A DNA stretch of 64,000 nt, from assembly GCA_963727525.1 (NCBI GenBank), contig CAVSGO010000002.1, positions 96,001-160,000 on the forward strand. The letters run 5' to 3'. Under the pieces are notes generated by a model. It did not search any database. It was given only the letters and a program-made list of their open reading frames with translations, and was not told the DNA's origin. Below are positions 32,660-43,310 of this stretch, one piece after another. Made by a program: the position numbers and the translations under genes. Positions within the stretch are counted from its first letter, which is position 1. Each line of letters opens with the position of its first letter. The DNA is from an uncultured bacterium (GTDB lineage: Bacteria > Krumholzibacteriota > Krumholzibacteriia > LZORAL124-64-63).

Positions 32660-33607
32660 CTACCCCAGATCCGTCTCGACGCCCATGAGACCCAGGAGGC
32701 GCTCCAGATCGTCGTCCGAGTAGAAATTCACCACCACTGTACCCTTGCCGGCGGCCGACCGGTCTATGGACACGGGAGCACCCAGGCGCGATTCGGTCCG
32801 CTCGCGGAGTGCGCGCAGCGCCGGGCTCTCGGGCGTCGTCGCCGGGCCGCGTCGCGCTCGACGCCTGCGTGCAGTGCCTGCCGCGGCCGACATCTGGGCC
32901 CGGCGTTCGCACTCGCGCACGGAAAGACCGCGGCTCACGCAGAGCCGCGCCAGGCGAGTACGGGCCGGTCCCGGCGGCATGCCGAGCAGAACCTTGGCAT
33001 GGCCTCGCGTCAGGGACCCGTCCTGCACGAGCGCCTGGATATTTTCATCTAAAGACAACAGCCGCAACAAGTTAGCGACTGTGCTGCGGTTCTTGCCGAG
33101 CATCGACGCCAGTTCTTCCTGCGTCGCGCCGTAGGCGTCGAGGAGATGCTGGTAGGCCGCCGCTTCCTCGATCGGCCCGAGGTCCTGGCGCTGGATGTTC
33201 TCCAACAGCGCGATCTTGAGCGCCTCGTTCTGCTCGTACGAGCGCGTGAGAGCCGTGATCGTCGCCAGTCCCGCCATCCGCGCCGCACGCACGCGACGTT
33301 CGCCAGCCACCACGACGTAGCGCCGTGACGTGTTCGCGAAGCCGTCGCCATCGCGGGGGAACGCTCGCACCTCAGACTGCGTAAGTTCCCTTACGATAAT
33401 AGGTTGCAAAACGCCGACCTGTTTTATGGATTCGGCCAGCTCCCTGAGCTGGTCAGCATCGAAGGTTTTTCGCGGCTGATCGGGATTGAACACGATCCGG
33501 TCCAGAGGGAGCTCGCGAACCTCGAGCGCACCGTTGCCGAGCCCGGGATCCGCCGCCTGGATGAGAGCAGACAAACCTTTGCCTAGCACACTCTTCCTCG
33601 TTGTCAT
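32660..33607 (-). CDS. parB: Chromosome partitioning protein ParB
   Basis: LGKGLSALI, QPRK.F, AGERR.RA, ENIQR.DL, HTH. Confidence 0.97.
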   Translation of the reverse strand: MTTRKSVLGKGLSALIQAADPGLGNGALEVRELPLDRIVFNPDQPRKTFDADQLRELAESIKQVGVLQPIIVRELTQSEVRAFPRDGDGFANTSRRYVVVAGERRVRAARMAGLATITALTRSYEQNEALKIALLENIQRQDLGPIEEAAAYQHLLDAYGATQEELASMLGKNRSTVANLLRLLSLDENIQALVQDGSLTRGHAKVLLGMPPGPARTRLARLCVSRGLSVRECERRAQMSAAAGTARRRRARRGPATTPESPALRALRERTESRLGAPVSIDRSAAGKGTVVVNFYSDDDLERLLGLMGVETDLG

Positions 33608-33608
33608 C

Positions 33609-34391
33609 TCACGCCTCCGGGGTGGACGCGACCCCGGAATTGGCCGCGATGACTTCCTGGGCCAGGCCCAGATAGCTCTGGGCGCCAAGACACTCGACAT
33701 CATAGAGGAGGATGGGCTTGCCGAACGACGGCGCCTCGCTCAGGCGGACATTCCGGGGAATCATGGTCTTGTAGACCATCTGGCCGAAATAGTCCGTCGC
33801 CTCCTCCGCAACCTGGTTCGACAGGCGCAGGCGACGGTCGAACATCGTCATCAAGACGCCCTCTAGTTGCAAGTCGGTATTGAGGTTACGCTGAACGAGC
33901 TGTACAGTGCTGAGAAGCTGGCTCAGACCCTCGAGGGCGTAGTATTCGCACTGGATGGGGATCAGCACGGAATCCGCCGCCACCAGCGCATTCAGGGTCA
34001 GAAGGCCCAGGCTGGGAGGTGTATCGATGATGATGAAGTCGAACCGGTCGCGGACCGGCGCCAGCGCATCGTGAAGTTTCCGCTCCCGCTGGGGCTCGCC
34101 GACCAGTTCGACCTCGGCGCCGGCGAGTCGGCGATCCGACGCCACGAGTTGCAGGAACGGAAGTTCGGTCCCCTGGACCACTTCCGGCGCGCGAGCATTG
34201 CCAAGGATAGCCTCGTAAATCGTGCTCTCACCCGCTTTTCCGCCCATCCCACTCGTCGCGTTGCCCTGGGGATCGAAATCCACGAGAAGCACGCGCTTCT
34301 CGGCCACGGCCAGGCTCGCGCTCAGGTTCACGGCGGTCGTCGTCTTGCCGACCCCGCCTTTCTGGTTGGAAATGGTGATGATCTTGCCCAT
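33609..34391 (-). CDS. parA: Chromosome partitioning ATPase ParA/Soj
   Basis: NQKGGVGKTT, DPQGNAT, QCEYYALEG, RNVRLSEAPS. Confidence 0.98.
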   Translation of the reverse strand: MGKIITISNQKGGVGKTTTAVNLSASLAVAEKRVLLVDFDPQGNATSGMGGKAGESTIYEAILGNARAPEVVQGTELPFLQLVASDRRLAGAEVELVGEPQRERKLHDALAPVRDRFDFIIIDTPPSLGLLTLNALVAADSVLIPIQCEYYALEGLSQLLSTVQLVQRNLNTDLQLEGVLMTMFDRRLRLSNQVAEEATDYFGQMVYKTMIPRNVRLSEAPSFGKPILLYDVECLGAQSYLGLAQEVIAANSGVASTPEA

Positions 34392-34525
34392 GAACGGTTC
34401 GCCTTTGGACTACGGGTTGGTGCGGCCCCCATGTCGGGTACGGTACGGCGCTCGGCGGGAATGGTATCCACCGATCCGGTCGGTGTCCAGCGGACAGCCT
34501 GGGGAGGGGGGCGGAAGCCCACCGG

Positions 34526-34541
34526 TGTTCCACGTGGAACA
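34526..34541. other. parS site 1
   Basis: Perfect palindrome TGTTCCACGTGGAACA upstream of parA. Confidence 0.93.
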
Positions 34542-34591
34542 AGGAAGGCGGAGGGGTCTCGCGCCATCCAGGACATCCCACAGAGATGCGT

Positions 34592-34607
34592 TGTTCCACG
34601 TGGAACA
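34592..34607. other. parS site 2
   Basis: Second identical TGTTCCACGTGGAACA. Confidence 0.93.
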
Positions 34608-34637
34608 AACCCGCCGGGAACCCCGCGCGAAGTGTGC

Positions 34638-35306
34638 TCAGGGTGTGCGATGGACCGTCACGAGGACGCGGGCGCCAACCCCTTCGACAATCCGCGGAAC
34701 CTCGGATGTCCAGCAACCATGCGGCGTTGTGATCTGCAGATCCCGGGCCAAATCGCCATCGCATGCGGCGTCAGGACCGAGAAATCGCGCAACGATCACG
34801 CTTTGCGCCCCCCGCGCTCCGCCCGACGCCAGATCGCGAATGCCTTCGAGGACCACGGGTTCCGTCAACCGCAAGGCTTTCAGCGAGATGAGGATGGAAC
34901 TACCCGTGGACGCCAGCTCGCGAGCGAGGTCCGCGCCCCAGCGCCGCGGCTGCACCGTCGCGTCCGCCAGCGACATCTTTCGTGCCGTCCGCTCGAGGAA
35001 CCAGGCTCTTCGTTGCCTCGGCTCGACGAGCCAGGTGGGACCTCTCGCACCCGCATCGGCGAGATGCCCAGCCCAGAGCAAACCCGGGAGCCCGTTTCCG
35101 CTCCCCAGATCCGCGTAGCACCAGCGACCCAGGTCCTCCCCGGTGAGGCAGGATGAGACGAGCCGCCAGCCCGATTCACATTGCGTGATGAGGCGATCGA
35201 GTTGCCGCCGAGTGTCCTGCCTCGAAACGAGGTTGACGCGCTTGTTCCAGCGCAGGATCTCGTCGCGCAGGATGTCCCGGCGCTGGTCAGCGCCGCCGAC
35301 GGTCAC
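34638..35306 (-). CDS. rsmG: 16S rRNA m7G527 methyltransferase (divergent)
   Basis: WNKRVNLVS, DLGSGNGLPG, LVEPR.RR..FL; between mnmG and parA. Confidence 0.82.
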   Translation of the reverse strand: MTVGGADQRRDILRDEILRWNKRVNLVSRQDTRRQLDRLITQCESGWRLVSSCLTGEDLGRWCYADLGSGNGLPGLLWAGHLADAGARGPTWLVEPRQRRAWFLERTARKMSLADATVQPRRWGADLARELASTGSSILISLKALRLTEPVVLEGIRDLASGGARGAQSVIVARFLGPDAACDGDLARDLQITTPHGCWTSEVPRIVEGVGARVLVTVHRTP

Positions 35307-37234
35307 GCCGTTCCCCCGCCTGCCTCGCGGTGGCGCCCGAGGTGAACCGAGAGGACGGCGAGATCTCCGGCCCGGACTCCATCAATACGGCCAGCCTGGC
35401 CGAGATTGGCTGGACGCATACGTGCGAGCTTCTCGCGCGCCTCATGGCTCAGCGCGCGGACGGCGAGGTAATCAAAATCGTCCGGGATCTCGAGCCGGTC
35501 GAGATGCGATATCTTGCTCAAGTTCTTGTCTTGCTTAGAGATATATCCATGATACACAATCCTGGTCTGGGCTTCCGCCAGGATGCCGCGATCGAGGTAC
35601 GGGGTGCGACGATCCATTATTGTTTTTGACATAACATGTTCAATGCCGTCCCAACACTCCCGCCCGCGATCCGCAACGCCGAGCACGATTTCCAGCGTGG
35701 CCCCCGGTCGCCGCAGGAGATCGGCCACCGTCGAAGGGGAACCCGAGAGCGGATCTCGCGTCCGCCACGTCGCCAGCAGATCGCAAATCTTCGTGACCGC
35801 CGTGTTGCGCGCCCGCAACAACGCCAGGTCGCGCGCCGGAAGCAACCCGATCAGCGCGGCCGTGTCGGCAAGTCGGCTCTCCGTATTATCACAGCGCAGC
35901 CGCAGACGATGCTCCGCACGAGACGTGAACATCCGGTAAGGTTCGACGATATCCTTCGTGACGAGATCGTCCGCGAGTACGCCAAGATACGCCGTGTCGC
36001 GCGCCGGAAGCCAGGCATCGACCTCCGCGAGCGACCTTACCGCATTGACACCCGCAATCAGACCCTGCGCCGCCGCCTCTTCATAACCCGACGTGCCGAG
36101 GATCTGCCCGGCGAGGTATAACCCGGCCACAGGTTTCGTTTCGAACGTACGCACGATTTGCCACGAAGGAATGCTATCATACTCGACCGCGTAACCATAC
36201 CGCACGATGCGCGCGCGCTCGAGCCCGGCGATGGAGTGGATCACGTTCTCCTGCACATCGGCCGGCAGGCTCGTCGAGACGCCATTGACATAGATCTCGT
36301 CGCTGGTCAAACCCTCGGGCTCCAGGAACACGAGGTGTCGATCCTTCTCGGCGAAACGTACGACCTTGTCCTCGATCGACGGACAGTACCGCGGCCCCTG
36401 CCCTTCGATATTACCCTGGTAAAGGGGCGAGCGATGGAGATTCGCGCGGATCATTGCGTGCGTCTGTGGTGTCGTGTATGCGATCCAGCATACGAGGCGA
36501 GACTCCGGCAAAGCACGCGTGCGGAACGAGAAGGGCAGGGGATCCTCGTCGCCGGCCTGTACCTCGAGTCGCGCATAGTCGATGCTGTCGGCCGCAAGCC
36601 GTGGCGGCGTTCCCGTCTTGAGTCGCCGCAGCGTAAACCCGAGCCGGGAGAATTCCGTGCTCAATCCCTCGCTGCTCGCGGCACCTTCGCGCCCGCCGCG
36701 TCTCTGCACGTCGCCCACATGCATGAGTCCGCGCAGGAACGTCCCGGTGCACAGGACCACGCGCGCACCACGCACCTCCGTACCACTGGCCAGCACCACG
36801 CCGGCGATCGTCGGCCGGGCGCCGACGACGGTCGTTACCAGTCCACGCACATCGCTCTCGATCACCGTGAGCCCCGACTGCGCCTCGATCGTCGCCGCCA
36901 TCATCGCCTGATAGCGATGCTTGTCGGCCTGCGCGCGCGGAGCCTGCACCGCCGGCCCCTTCTTGCGGTTGAGCACGCGGAACTGCACACCGGTCGCGTC
37001 GATCGCCCTCGCCATCTCCCCACCACACACGTCGATCTCACGAACGAGATGACCCTTGCCGAGACCGCCGATCGCTGGGTTGCACGGCATACGCCCGATC
37101 TCGCTCCTTGCGTGCGTGACCAGCGCCGTGCGGCAACCCAGACGCGCCGCGGCGAGCGCCGCCTCGATGCCGGCATGGCCACCGCCGACAACGACCACAT
37201 CATATTTCGCTGTGGTCGCCATCGGGCCCATCAC
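35303..37234 (-). CDS. mnmG: tRNA uridine modification enzyme MnmG/GidA
   Basis: GGGHAG.EAA, CNPAIGG, KTGTPPR, GPRYCPSIEDK, GYEEAAAQG. Confidence 0.98.
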   Translation of the reverse strand: MMGPMATTAKYDVVVVGGGHAGIEAALAAARLGCRTALVTHARSEIGRMPCNPAIGGLGKGHLVREIDVCGGEMARAIDATGVQFRVLNRKKGPAVQAPRAQADKHRYQAMMAATIEAQSGLTVIESDVRGLVTTVVGARPTIAGVVLASGTEVRGARVVLCTGTFLRGLMHVGDVQRRGGREGAASSEGLSTEFSRLGFTLRRLKTGTPPRLAADSIDYARLEVQAGDEDPLPFSFRTRALPESRLVCWIAYTTPQTHAMIRANLHRSPLYQGNIEGQGPRYCPSIEDKVVRFAEKDRHLVFLEPEGLTSDEIYVNGVSTSLPADVQENVIHSIAGLERARIVRYGYAVEYDSIPSWQIVRTFETKPVAGLYLAGQILGTSGYEEAAAQGLIAGVNAVRSLAEVDAWLPARDTAYLGVLADDLVTKDIVEPYRMFTSRAEHRLRLRCDNTESRLADTAALIGLLPARDLALLRARNTAVTKICDLLATWRTRDPLSGSPSTVADLLRRPGATLEIVLGVADRGRECWDGIEHVMSKTIMDRRTPYLDRGILAEAQTRIVYHGYISKQDKNLSKISHLDRLEIPDDFDYLAVRALSHEAREKLARMRPANLGQAGRIDGVRAGDLAVLSVHLGRHREAGGGTA

Positions 37235-37245
37235 CGTCCTATTCC

Positions 37246-38664
37246 TTACTTGCCCACGCAGAAGCGAGCGAACACGTCGCCGAGAAGGCGTTCACTGAAC
37301 ACGCGGCCGCTGATCTCGTCGAGTTCGAGCAACGCCCCGCGCAACGCCGTCGCGACGAGTTCCGCCGCCACGACGCCTCGTGCAACATCAGCGAGCAGCG
37401 CCTCGAGCTGTTCCACACAGCCACGCAGTCGGTCCTCGTGGCGAGCGTTGAGCAGCAAACCGCGCGCCGCGGTCTCTCGCGCATCCGACGCTACCGCCGT
37501 CGTCGCAAGGCGCGACCAGAGCGCGTCGAGCCCCTGCCCGGTCAGGCTCGAGACCGCGACGTGATCCTCGGGCGCCCATGTCGGTAGCGGGGCGAGATCC
37601 GCCTTGCTCACCACCGAGACCGCGACCACGCCGGCCGGCACCGCCACCTCGTCGCGGCCATCACCATCGGCCGGGCGCACATGGAACACGATGTCGGCCT
37701 GCGCGACGGCCGCCTGCGTGCGCACCATACCCAGGTGCTCGAGGCGCGCAGGCTGCGCGTGCAGGCCGGCCGTGTCGTGCAGGACATAGAGCAGGCCGTC
37801 GCGCACCACGCGCGCCGCGACAACGTCGCGCGTCGTGCCTGGCTCGGCGTCCACGATGACGCGATCCTCGCCGACGAGCGCGTTGAAGAGGCTGCTCTTG
37901 CCGGCGTTCACGGCACCTGCGAGCACCACGTGCACACCTTCGCGCAACCGATGACTCGCGGGGCCCAGCCTCAGCAGTGATCGCATCCGCGAGAGTACCC
38001 CGGAGACGTCGGCAGCGATCCGGTTCCCGTCCGGACCAGGATCGTCGTCGTCGCCGAATTCCAGGGCGCCCTCCAGCTCCGCGAGCAACACGCGCAGAGG
38101 TTCCATGAGCGAGACGAGTTCACGGTCGAGACCACCGCGAAGCTGGGCGAGCGCCGCCCGCGCACCGGCGACATGATCGGCATCGACGAGATCCGCAACA
38201 GCCTCGGCCTCGGCGAGGGAAAGCCGGCCATGGAGGAACGCTCGGCGTGTGAACTCGCCGGGACCCGCCGCCCGCGCGCCGGCCGCGCGGCAGGCGTCGC
38301 ATACGAGCTGGGCGAGAAGGGCACCGCCGTGACACGAGAACTCGACCGTGTCTTCGCCGGTGTAGCTATGAGGCGCCAGCAGGGGCAGGACCAGCACCTG
38401 ATCGAGCTCCTGACCAGCCACGATTCCTGAGGGCGCGGGCGCTCCCGTCGGCCACACGACCATTGCCAAACGAGCGCGGTGACTCGTCACCGGGTCCGCG
38501 AGCACGTCCGGCGACACGACTCGGCGCGCCACGGCGAGCGCATCATGACCACTGACGCGTACCACGGCGAGTCCCGCCACGCCGCTCGCGGTGGCGATGG
38601 CCACGATCGTCTCGCCTCTCATCGCCGGATCCACAGGTCCTCCTGTAGAGCGGGGGGCGGCCAT
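37246..38664 (-). CDS. mnmE: tRNA modification GTPase MnmE/TrmE
   Basis: TIVAIAT, SYTGED, GEFTRRAF, NAGKSSL, GTTRD, DTAG, FCVGK. Confidence 0.97.
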   Translation of the reverse strand: MAAPRSTGGPVDPAMRGETIVAIATASGVAGLAVVRVSGHDALAVARRVVSPDVLADPVTSHRARLAMVVWPTGAPAPSGIVAGQELDQVLVLPLLAPHSYTGEDTVEFSCHGGALLAQLVCDACRAAGARAAGPGEFTRRAFLHGRLSLAEAEAVADLVDADHVAGARAALAQLRGGLDRELVSLMEPLRVLLAELEGALEFGDDDDPGPDGNRIAADVSGVLSRMRSLLRLGPASHRLREGVHVVLAGAVNAGKSSLFNALVGEDRVIVDAEPGTTRDVVAARVVRDGLLYVLHDTAGLHAQPARLEHLGMVRTQAAVAQADIVFHVRPADGDGRDEVAVPAGVVAVSVVSKADLAPLPTWAPEDHVAVSSLTGQGLDALWSRLATTAVASDARETAARGLLLNARHEDRLRGCVEQLEALLADVARGVVAAELVATALRGALLELDEISGRVFSERLLGDVFARFCVGK

Positions 38665-38701
38665 GATCGCGCCGCCCCCCCTACCTCCGCTGCCGTCGCG
38701 A

Positions 38702-40147
38702 TCAGCTCTGGTCGTCCGCATCCATGCCGGCACGATCTTCGTGATCGGAATCGCCACCGTGGGTCTCGTCGGCATTGTCATGCGCAACCGCACCTTCGAC
38801 CTGGAAGTCGTAGGACTGCGGCGCCACGACGACATGCTTGCTCGCGCCATCGGCCACGGTGTAGGTGGTGAGCGAAGCCACTTCCTGTACCTGCAGGTGG
38901 ACGATGCGCCGTTCGCGCGAACCCATCGGCTCGAGGTGCACCGGCTCGCCGGAATCCTTCACCTCGCGGATGATGCCTCGCGTCATCTGCACGAGCTGTT
39001 CGTCGCACCGACGGCGGTAATTGTTGATGTCCAGGTTCATCTTCACACGATCACCGACGGCATGCGACGCGATGCGTTCCACGAGGATCTCGATCGCGTC
39101 GACCGACATGCCGTGCCGCCCGATCAGGACACCGGCGCTGCGGTCGTCGGTGATGAGCTTGACCTGGGCGTATTCGTCCTCGCGCACCTCGCAACGGCAG
39201 GGAAAGCCGGCGAAACGCATGAGGTCGGTGGTCACCTGCTGGAGGAATGCCGGAACCTCGGCCGCGGCGGAACTGTCGTAGGGCTTCACGCGATCGATCG
39301 CCGCGATCTCGCCGGCGACGACCGCCGCAGCGCCGCGTGCCGCCTCCGCTGGCGGCGAAGTGTCTTGCGGGGTCGAATCAGCCGGGGTCGAATCGGCCGG
39401 AATCGGCAAGGACGGCGACGGTGACGGTCCCGTGGTCGGCGACTCCGAGAGGAATTCGGGCATCGTCGCACCCGTCGCACGCGCCGTGCGCAGCGTATCC
39501 ACGACCGGCTCCACGAGATTCTCTGCCGTCTCGACCTCGGCGAGGCGATTCACCGGCGACTCGTTCTCGCGCGCATCGCGACGTTCGTCGTCGCGACGGC
39601 CCTCGTCCGGTCGAGCATCGTCCCGGCGACGCGGGCGGCGGCGACGGCGGCGCGAACTCCGCGAGCGCTCCTCGCCCTGATCCGCATTGGTCCCGCTGTC
39701 GACGCGAGCCGCGGCAGGCGCGGTCGCCGCTGCTGGCTTGTCGCGATCCCGGTCGCCGCGACCGCGACCACGCTCGCCTCGTTCATTACTGTCGGCCGAC
39801 GACGCCTGGCGTCCGTCGTCGCGACGGGGCCGTCCGCGGCCGCCTCGCGACGACCGCGTGTCGTCGTGCCGACTGTCGTCCCGTCTCGCCTCTTGCGAAC
39901 GCCCGCGGCCACCCGTGTTCTCACGGCGAGATTCGTCACGCCGACCACGAGCGGCCCGATCGCCGCGGCCACCCTTCTTCTCTACCCGGACCACGGCGGG
40001 CTTGCCGCCGATCAGTCCGAGGAATCCGCTCTTCGGTTGCTGCAGGACGGTCACGTCGACCTCGTCCCGCCGCAGGCCGAGGCGGAGCAGGGCCTCGGAG
40101 ATGGCCTCCTCGACGGTCCTGCCTCGGCTCTCGATGGTATTGCTCAT
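38702..40147 (-). CDS. jag: Jag/EloR (KhpB) RNA-binding protein with long low-complexity insert
   Basis: Jag_N (GRTVEEAI..AL), KH (LIGRHG), R3H (ERRIVH). Confidence 0.92.
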   Translation of the reverse strand: MSNTIESRGRTVEEAISEALLRLGLRRDEVDVTVLQQPKSGFLGLIGGKPAVVRVEKKGGRGDRAARGRRDESRRENTGGRGRSQEARRDDSRHDDTRSSRGGRGRPRRDDGRQASSADSNERGERGRGRGDRDRDKPAAATAPAAARVDSGTNADQGEERSRSSRRRRRRPRRRDDARPDEGRRDDERRDARENESPVNRLAEVETAENLVEPVVDTLRTARATGATMPEFLSESPTTGPSPSPSLPIPADSTPADSTPQDTSPPAEAARGAAAVVAGEIAAIDRVKPYDSSAAAEVPAFLQQVTTDLMRFAGFPCRCEVREDEYAQVKLITDDRSAGVLIGRHGMSVDAIEILVERIASHAVGDRVKMNLDINNYRRRCDEQLVQMTRGIIREVKDSGEPVHLEPMGSRERRIVHLQVQEVASLTTYTVADGASKHVVVAPQSYDFQVEGAVAHDNADETHGGDSDHEDRAGMDADDQS

Positions 40148-41958
40148 GCTGGTACCGCACCTCCCGTGCGTGTTGCCGCCGAATGGATTCTCCAGGTCTG
40201 GTAGATGGTCATGAGGTTGTTCACCAGCCAGTACAGCACCAGACCCGACGGCATCTGATAGAACATGAAGAGAAAGATGACCGGCAGGAAGTTGTTCATC
40301 ATGGCCATCTGGCCGCCTGTCGTGCCGGTCGGGGTCAGCTTGCTCTGGACCCACATCGTGGCGGACATCAGGATCGGCAGCAGGTTGAAGGGGTGGCCGC
40401 CGAGGAACGGCAGCGCGCCAGGAAATACGAACAACGTGTCGGGCTGGGAGAGGTCGTTGATCCAGCCGATGAACGGTGTTCCGCGCAGCGCGATCATGTG
40501 CGCGAGCGCCTGGTAGAGCGCGATGAAGACGGGTGACTGGACCAGCATGGGCAAGCAACCCGCCATCGGGTTGATCTTCTCCTTCTGATACAGCTTCATC
40601 ATCTCCTGGCTCTGCTTCTCCCGGTTGTCCTTGTACTTCTGCTGGAGCTCCTTGATCTTCGGCTGCAGCAGCTGCATCTTCTTCATCGACTCGGTGCTGG
40701 TACGCGTCAGCGGATAGAACATCAGCTTCGTCGCCACCGAGAAGATGATGATGATGACTCCATAGTTCGGGATCACCTTGTGCATCCCGTCCATGATCCA
40801 GAGCACGGCCTCGGTCAACGGCCGGAACAACGCCCAGCCCAGATCCATTGTCTTCTCGAGGCCCACGCCGAAGGATTTGAGGCGCTCGGCCTCCTGGGGG
40901 CCGATGTACAGAGTGAGTCGGCTGCCAGCGATGACGTCGCTGCCTGCCGGCTGCGACCGCAGGGGCGCCTCGATGGTCCAGGTCTGTTGATTGCGCTGAA
41001 CATCGCCACCCAGGACGATGGTGCCTTCGATGACCTGGTCCGGTGCCTGCGGCAGGATCCCCGCCACGGTGAAGTACTTGTTCTGCACCGTCGCGAACGC
41101 CACCGTCCCGGTGTACTCGCCCGAGACCTTCTCGACGCCCTTGTGGAGCTGCGTACGGTTCTTGCGGTGCAGGTCGTCGCCCACCTTGGCGAAGGCCTTG
41201 AACGCGACCTTGCCGATACGGTCGTTATGCTCGGTGGTGGCGATCCCCTCGGGCCACGCGAAGCGGGCACGAGCGGGTGCTCCCACGAGCCGTAGCGACG
41301 CGGCCGCGTCCGTTGTGGCCGCCACCACGTCGATGTCCTCGGTGATCGCGTAAGAATTCGCGTTGAACGTGTAAATCTTGCGGACCTCGAGGCCGCCCGC
41401 AGTAGCCACGGAGAAGGTGACGCTCCGTGCACCCGATTGCACAACTACGCTCGTCGGACCCTGGATCCGGAAGTTCCGCTTGCCGAGATCCAGGGACCCC
41501 GCGGCGAACGTCACCGCGTCGTCACCATACCTGGCAGCCTCCTCGCCCTGCGGGATCATCTCGACAGGATTACCCTCGTGGTCCTCGTGCTCGAAGCCTT
41601 GCCAGCTCGTGATCCGCGCCCCCACCGAGCTGATGCGAGCCACGTACAGTGGCGTCGTCACCTCGACCTCGGACGTCGTGCCGGGCTCGCCCACCACGCG
41701 CAAGACCGCGTCCGCAGTGGAAGGAGTGTCCGTGCTGGCGGCCTGAGCGGGCGCTTCGGGCGCGGTCGGCACGGATGTGGTGGTCGACACCGCCAGGGAA
41801 TCGGTTGGCGATTCTGGTTCGGAATTCACCTTCTCCACGGTCGCCGACATCGTTTCCGAATCGGCCGGCGCCGAGCGGAAGTAATGTTTCATCACCCAGT
41901 CGGAGCCTATGATGATCAGGAAGATGAGCGCGAATGCGAGAACCGTACGCCTATCCAT
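40144..41958 (-). CDS. yidC: Membrane protein insertase YidC
   Basis: NYG..II, MKKMQ.LQP, NP.AGCLP, WI.DLS.PD, PSGL.LYW. Confidence 0.97.
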   Translation of the reverse strand: MDRRTVLAFALIFLIIIGSDWVMKHYFRSAPADSETMSATVEKVNSEPESPTDSLAVSTTTSVPTAPEAPAQAASTDTPSTADAVLRVVGEPGTTSEVEVTTPLYVARISSVGARITSWQGFEHEDHEGNPVEMIPQGEEAARYGDDAVTFAAGSLDLGKRNFRIQGPTSVVVQSGARSVTFSVATAGGLEVRKIYTFNANSYAITEDIDVVAATTDAAASLRLVGAPARARFAWPEGIATTEHNDRIGKVAFKAFAKVGDDLHRKNRTQLHKGVEKVSGEYTGTVAFATVQNKYFTVAGILPQAPDQVIEGTIVLGGDVQRNQQTWTIEAPLRSQPAGSDVIAGSRLTLYIGPQEAERLKSFGVGLEKTMDLGWALFRPLTEAVLWIMDGMHKVIPNYGVIIIIFSVATKLMFYPLTRTSTESMKKMQLLQPKIKELQQKYKDNREKQSQEMMKLYQKEKINPMAGCLPMLVQSPVFIALYQALAHMIALRGTPFIGWINDLSQPDTLFVFPGALPFLGGHPFNLLPILMSATMWVQSKLTPTGTTGGQMAMMNNFLPVIFLFMFYQMPSGLVLYWLVNNLMTIYQTWRIHSAATRTGGAVPA

Positions 41959-42187
41959 CAGCGATGTCTCCGTGGGCTTCGGGAACGGGATCCAGCCCGC
42001 CCGCGTGCCACGGATGGCAACGAGCGACCCGGCAGAGAGCGAGTCGGAGGCCGCGAAGCAATCCGTGCTTGCGTAGAGCCTCGGCTGCATAGGCGGAACA
42101 GGTGGGGTAGTAACGACACGTGGCTGGTGTCCAGGGGGAGATCAGCCGCCGGTAGGCGAGGATCAGAAAGTAAGGCAACCGCCACAT
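41951..42187 (-). CDS. yidD: Membrane protein insertion efficiency factor YidD
   Basis: [21 protein letters not shown]. Confidence 0.96.
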   Translation of the reverse strand: MWRLPYFLILAYRRLISPWTPATCRYYPTCSAYAAEALRKHGLLRGLRLALCRVARCHPWHAGGLDPVPEAHGDIADG

Positions 42188-42295
42188 CTCACGTCTGACC
42201 GACCTCGCCCCTGGATGAAGGAAAACGGGCGGAGCCCTGGTCGGTCCCTTCGTTGGCATCCGGGCGCCGTCATCGGCGGCGACGCGATGCTCGTG

Positions 42296-42724
42296 TCAGA
42301 TCTGCGTGCCGCCACCGGCCTGGGGGCTCTGGCGCGGCAAATGCTGAAGCATGCGATCCAGCTCCGCCAGGACATCCTGGGCCTTCGCGTTCAAGATGGC
42401 GGTCCGTGCCACGGCCACCACCCAGAGGCCCGCGCGGGGATCGCCTGCGAGGGCGAATCGCTGCCGGATGTCGGTAGCGGACCCGTTGGTCCGCAGGATC
42501 CGCACGCCGAGTGCCTCCCGTAGGAGGCGTTTCGCGCGATTGCGGGCGACGGCGCCACCTACGCGTCGGCTGGCGACCACGGCCCTCGCCAGGTCATCGC
42601 CAGGACACAGATAGAGCACGAACAGGCGTCCTACCATCTTGACGCCCGTTTCGTAGATCCTGGAGAACTCGTCCCGGTGTCGCAAGGCTCGCCAGAGTGA
42701 GCCACCGCGACGTGGAGGGCTCAA
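42296..42724 (-). CDS. rnpA: Ribonuclease P protein component
   Basis: [16 protein letters not shown]; follows rpmH. Confidence 0.93.
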   Translation of the reverse strand: MSPPRRGGSLWRALRHRDEFSRIYETGVKMVGRLFVLYLCPGDDLARAVVASRRVGGAVARNRAKRLLREALGVRILRTNGSATDIRQRFALAGDPRAGLWVVAVARTAILNAKAQDVLAELDRMLQHLPRQSPQAGGGTQI

Positions 42725-42855
42725 GCGGAAAGACGCTTGCGGCCCTTGGCACGCCGACGCTTCAGCACCAGCCGACCGGCGCGGGTCGCCATGCGCTTGC
42801 GGAAGCCGTGCCGACGGGCACGCACCAAGACGCTGGGTTGAAAAGTCCGCTTCAC
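42721..42855 (-). CDS. rpmH: 50S ribosomal protein L34
   Basis: Manual translation [44 protein letters not shown]; below ORF-track cutoff. Confidence 0.98.
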   Translation of the reverse strand: MKRTFQPSVLVRARRHGFRKRMATRAGRLVLKRRRAKGRKRLSA

Positions 42856-42859
42856 GGGT

Positions 42860-43310
42860 GACTCCTTTGAAACCTCTCGACTGACATTGGCCGCAGAAGT
42901 TAAGTCGAGTTCGTCTGTACTGTCAAGAAAATCCGGAGGTTATCCACGTTGGCGACAGAGACTTCGTCCCGCTTCTCCCCCGCATGTCGACAAGGCGACC
43001 CTCCGGGCGGGCGCCCCCGGGTTCCGACCCGTAAAAACCTACCGATCGAGCCGACAACAGGTTACCAGAACTGTCCCAACGCTCCCGGACAAAGTCCTTG
43101 CCGACCTCAAGGGTGAGTGATAGTTTCCCGGCGGACGACGACAAGCGATTGAAGACAAATCTAGGGTTATCCACGGCTCTGGTGTTTTGTTGATAAGTTT
43201 GGAAAAATTTCTGGTTGTCGTTTGTTAATTTGTGTTTTTTGAAGTGTTTATGGCGGTTGTTGGTTTGTTGATAACTCTTGCGGTTACGCTGGGCTGGTGA
43301 GGGAGAATCC
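42860..43310. promoter_or_regulatory. oriC part 1 / dnaA-rpmH promoter region with DnaA boxes
   Basis: TTATCCACG at 42940 and 43167, TGTTGATAA at 43188 and 43266, AT-rich tract; gene strand bias switches here. Confidence 0.85.
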
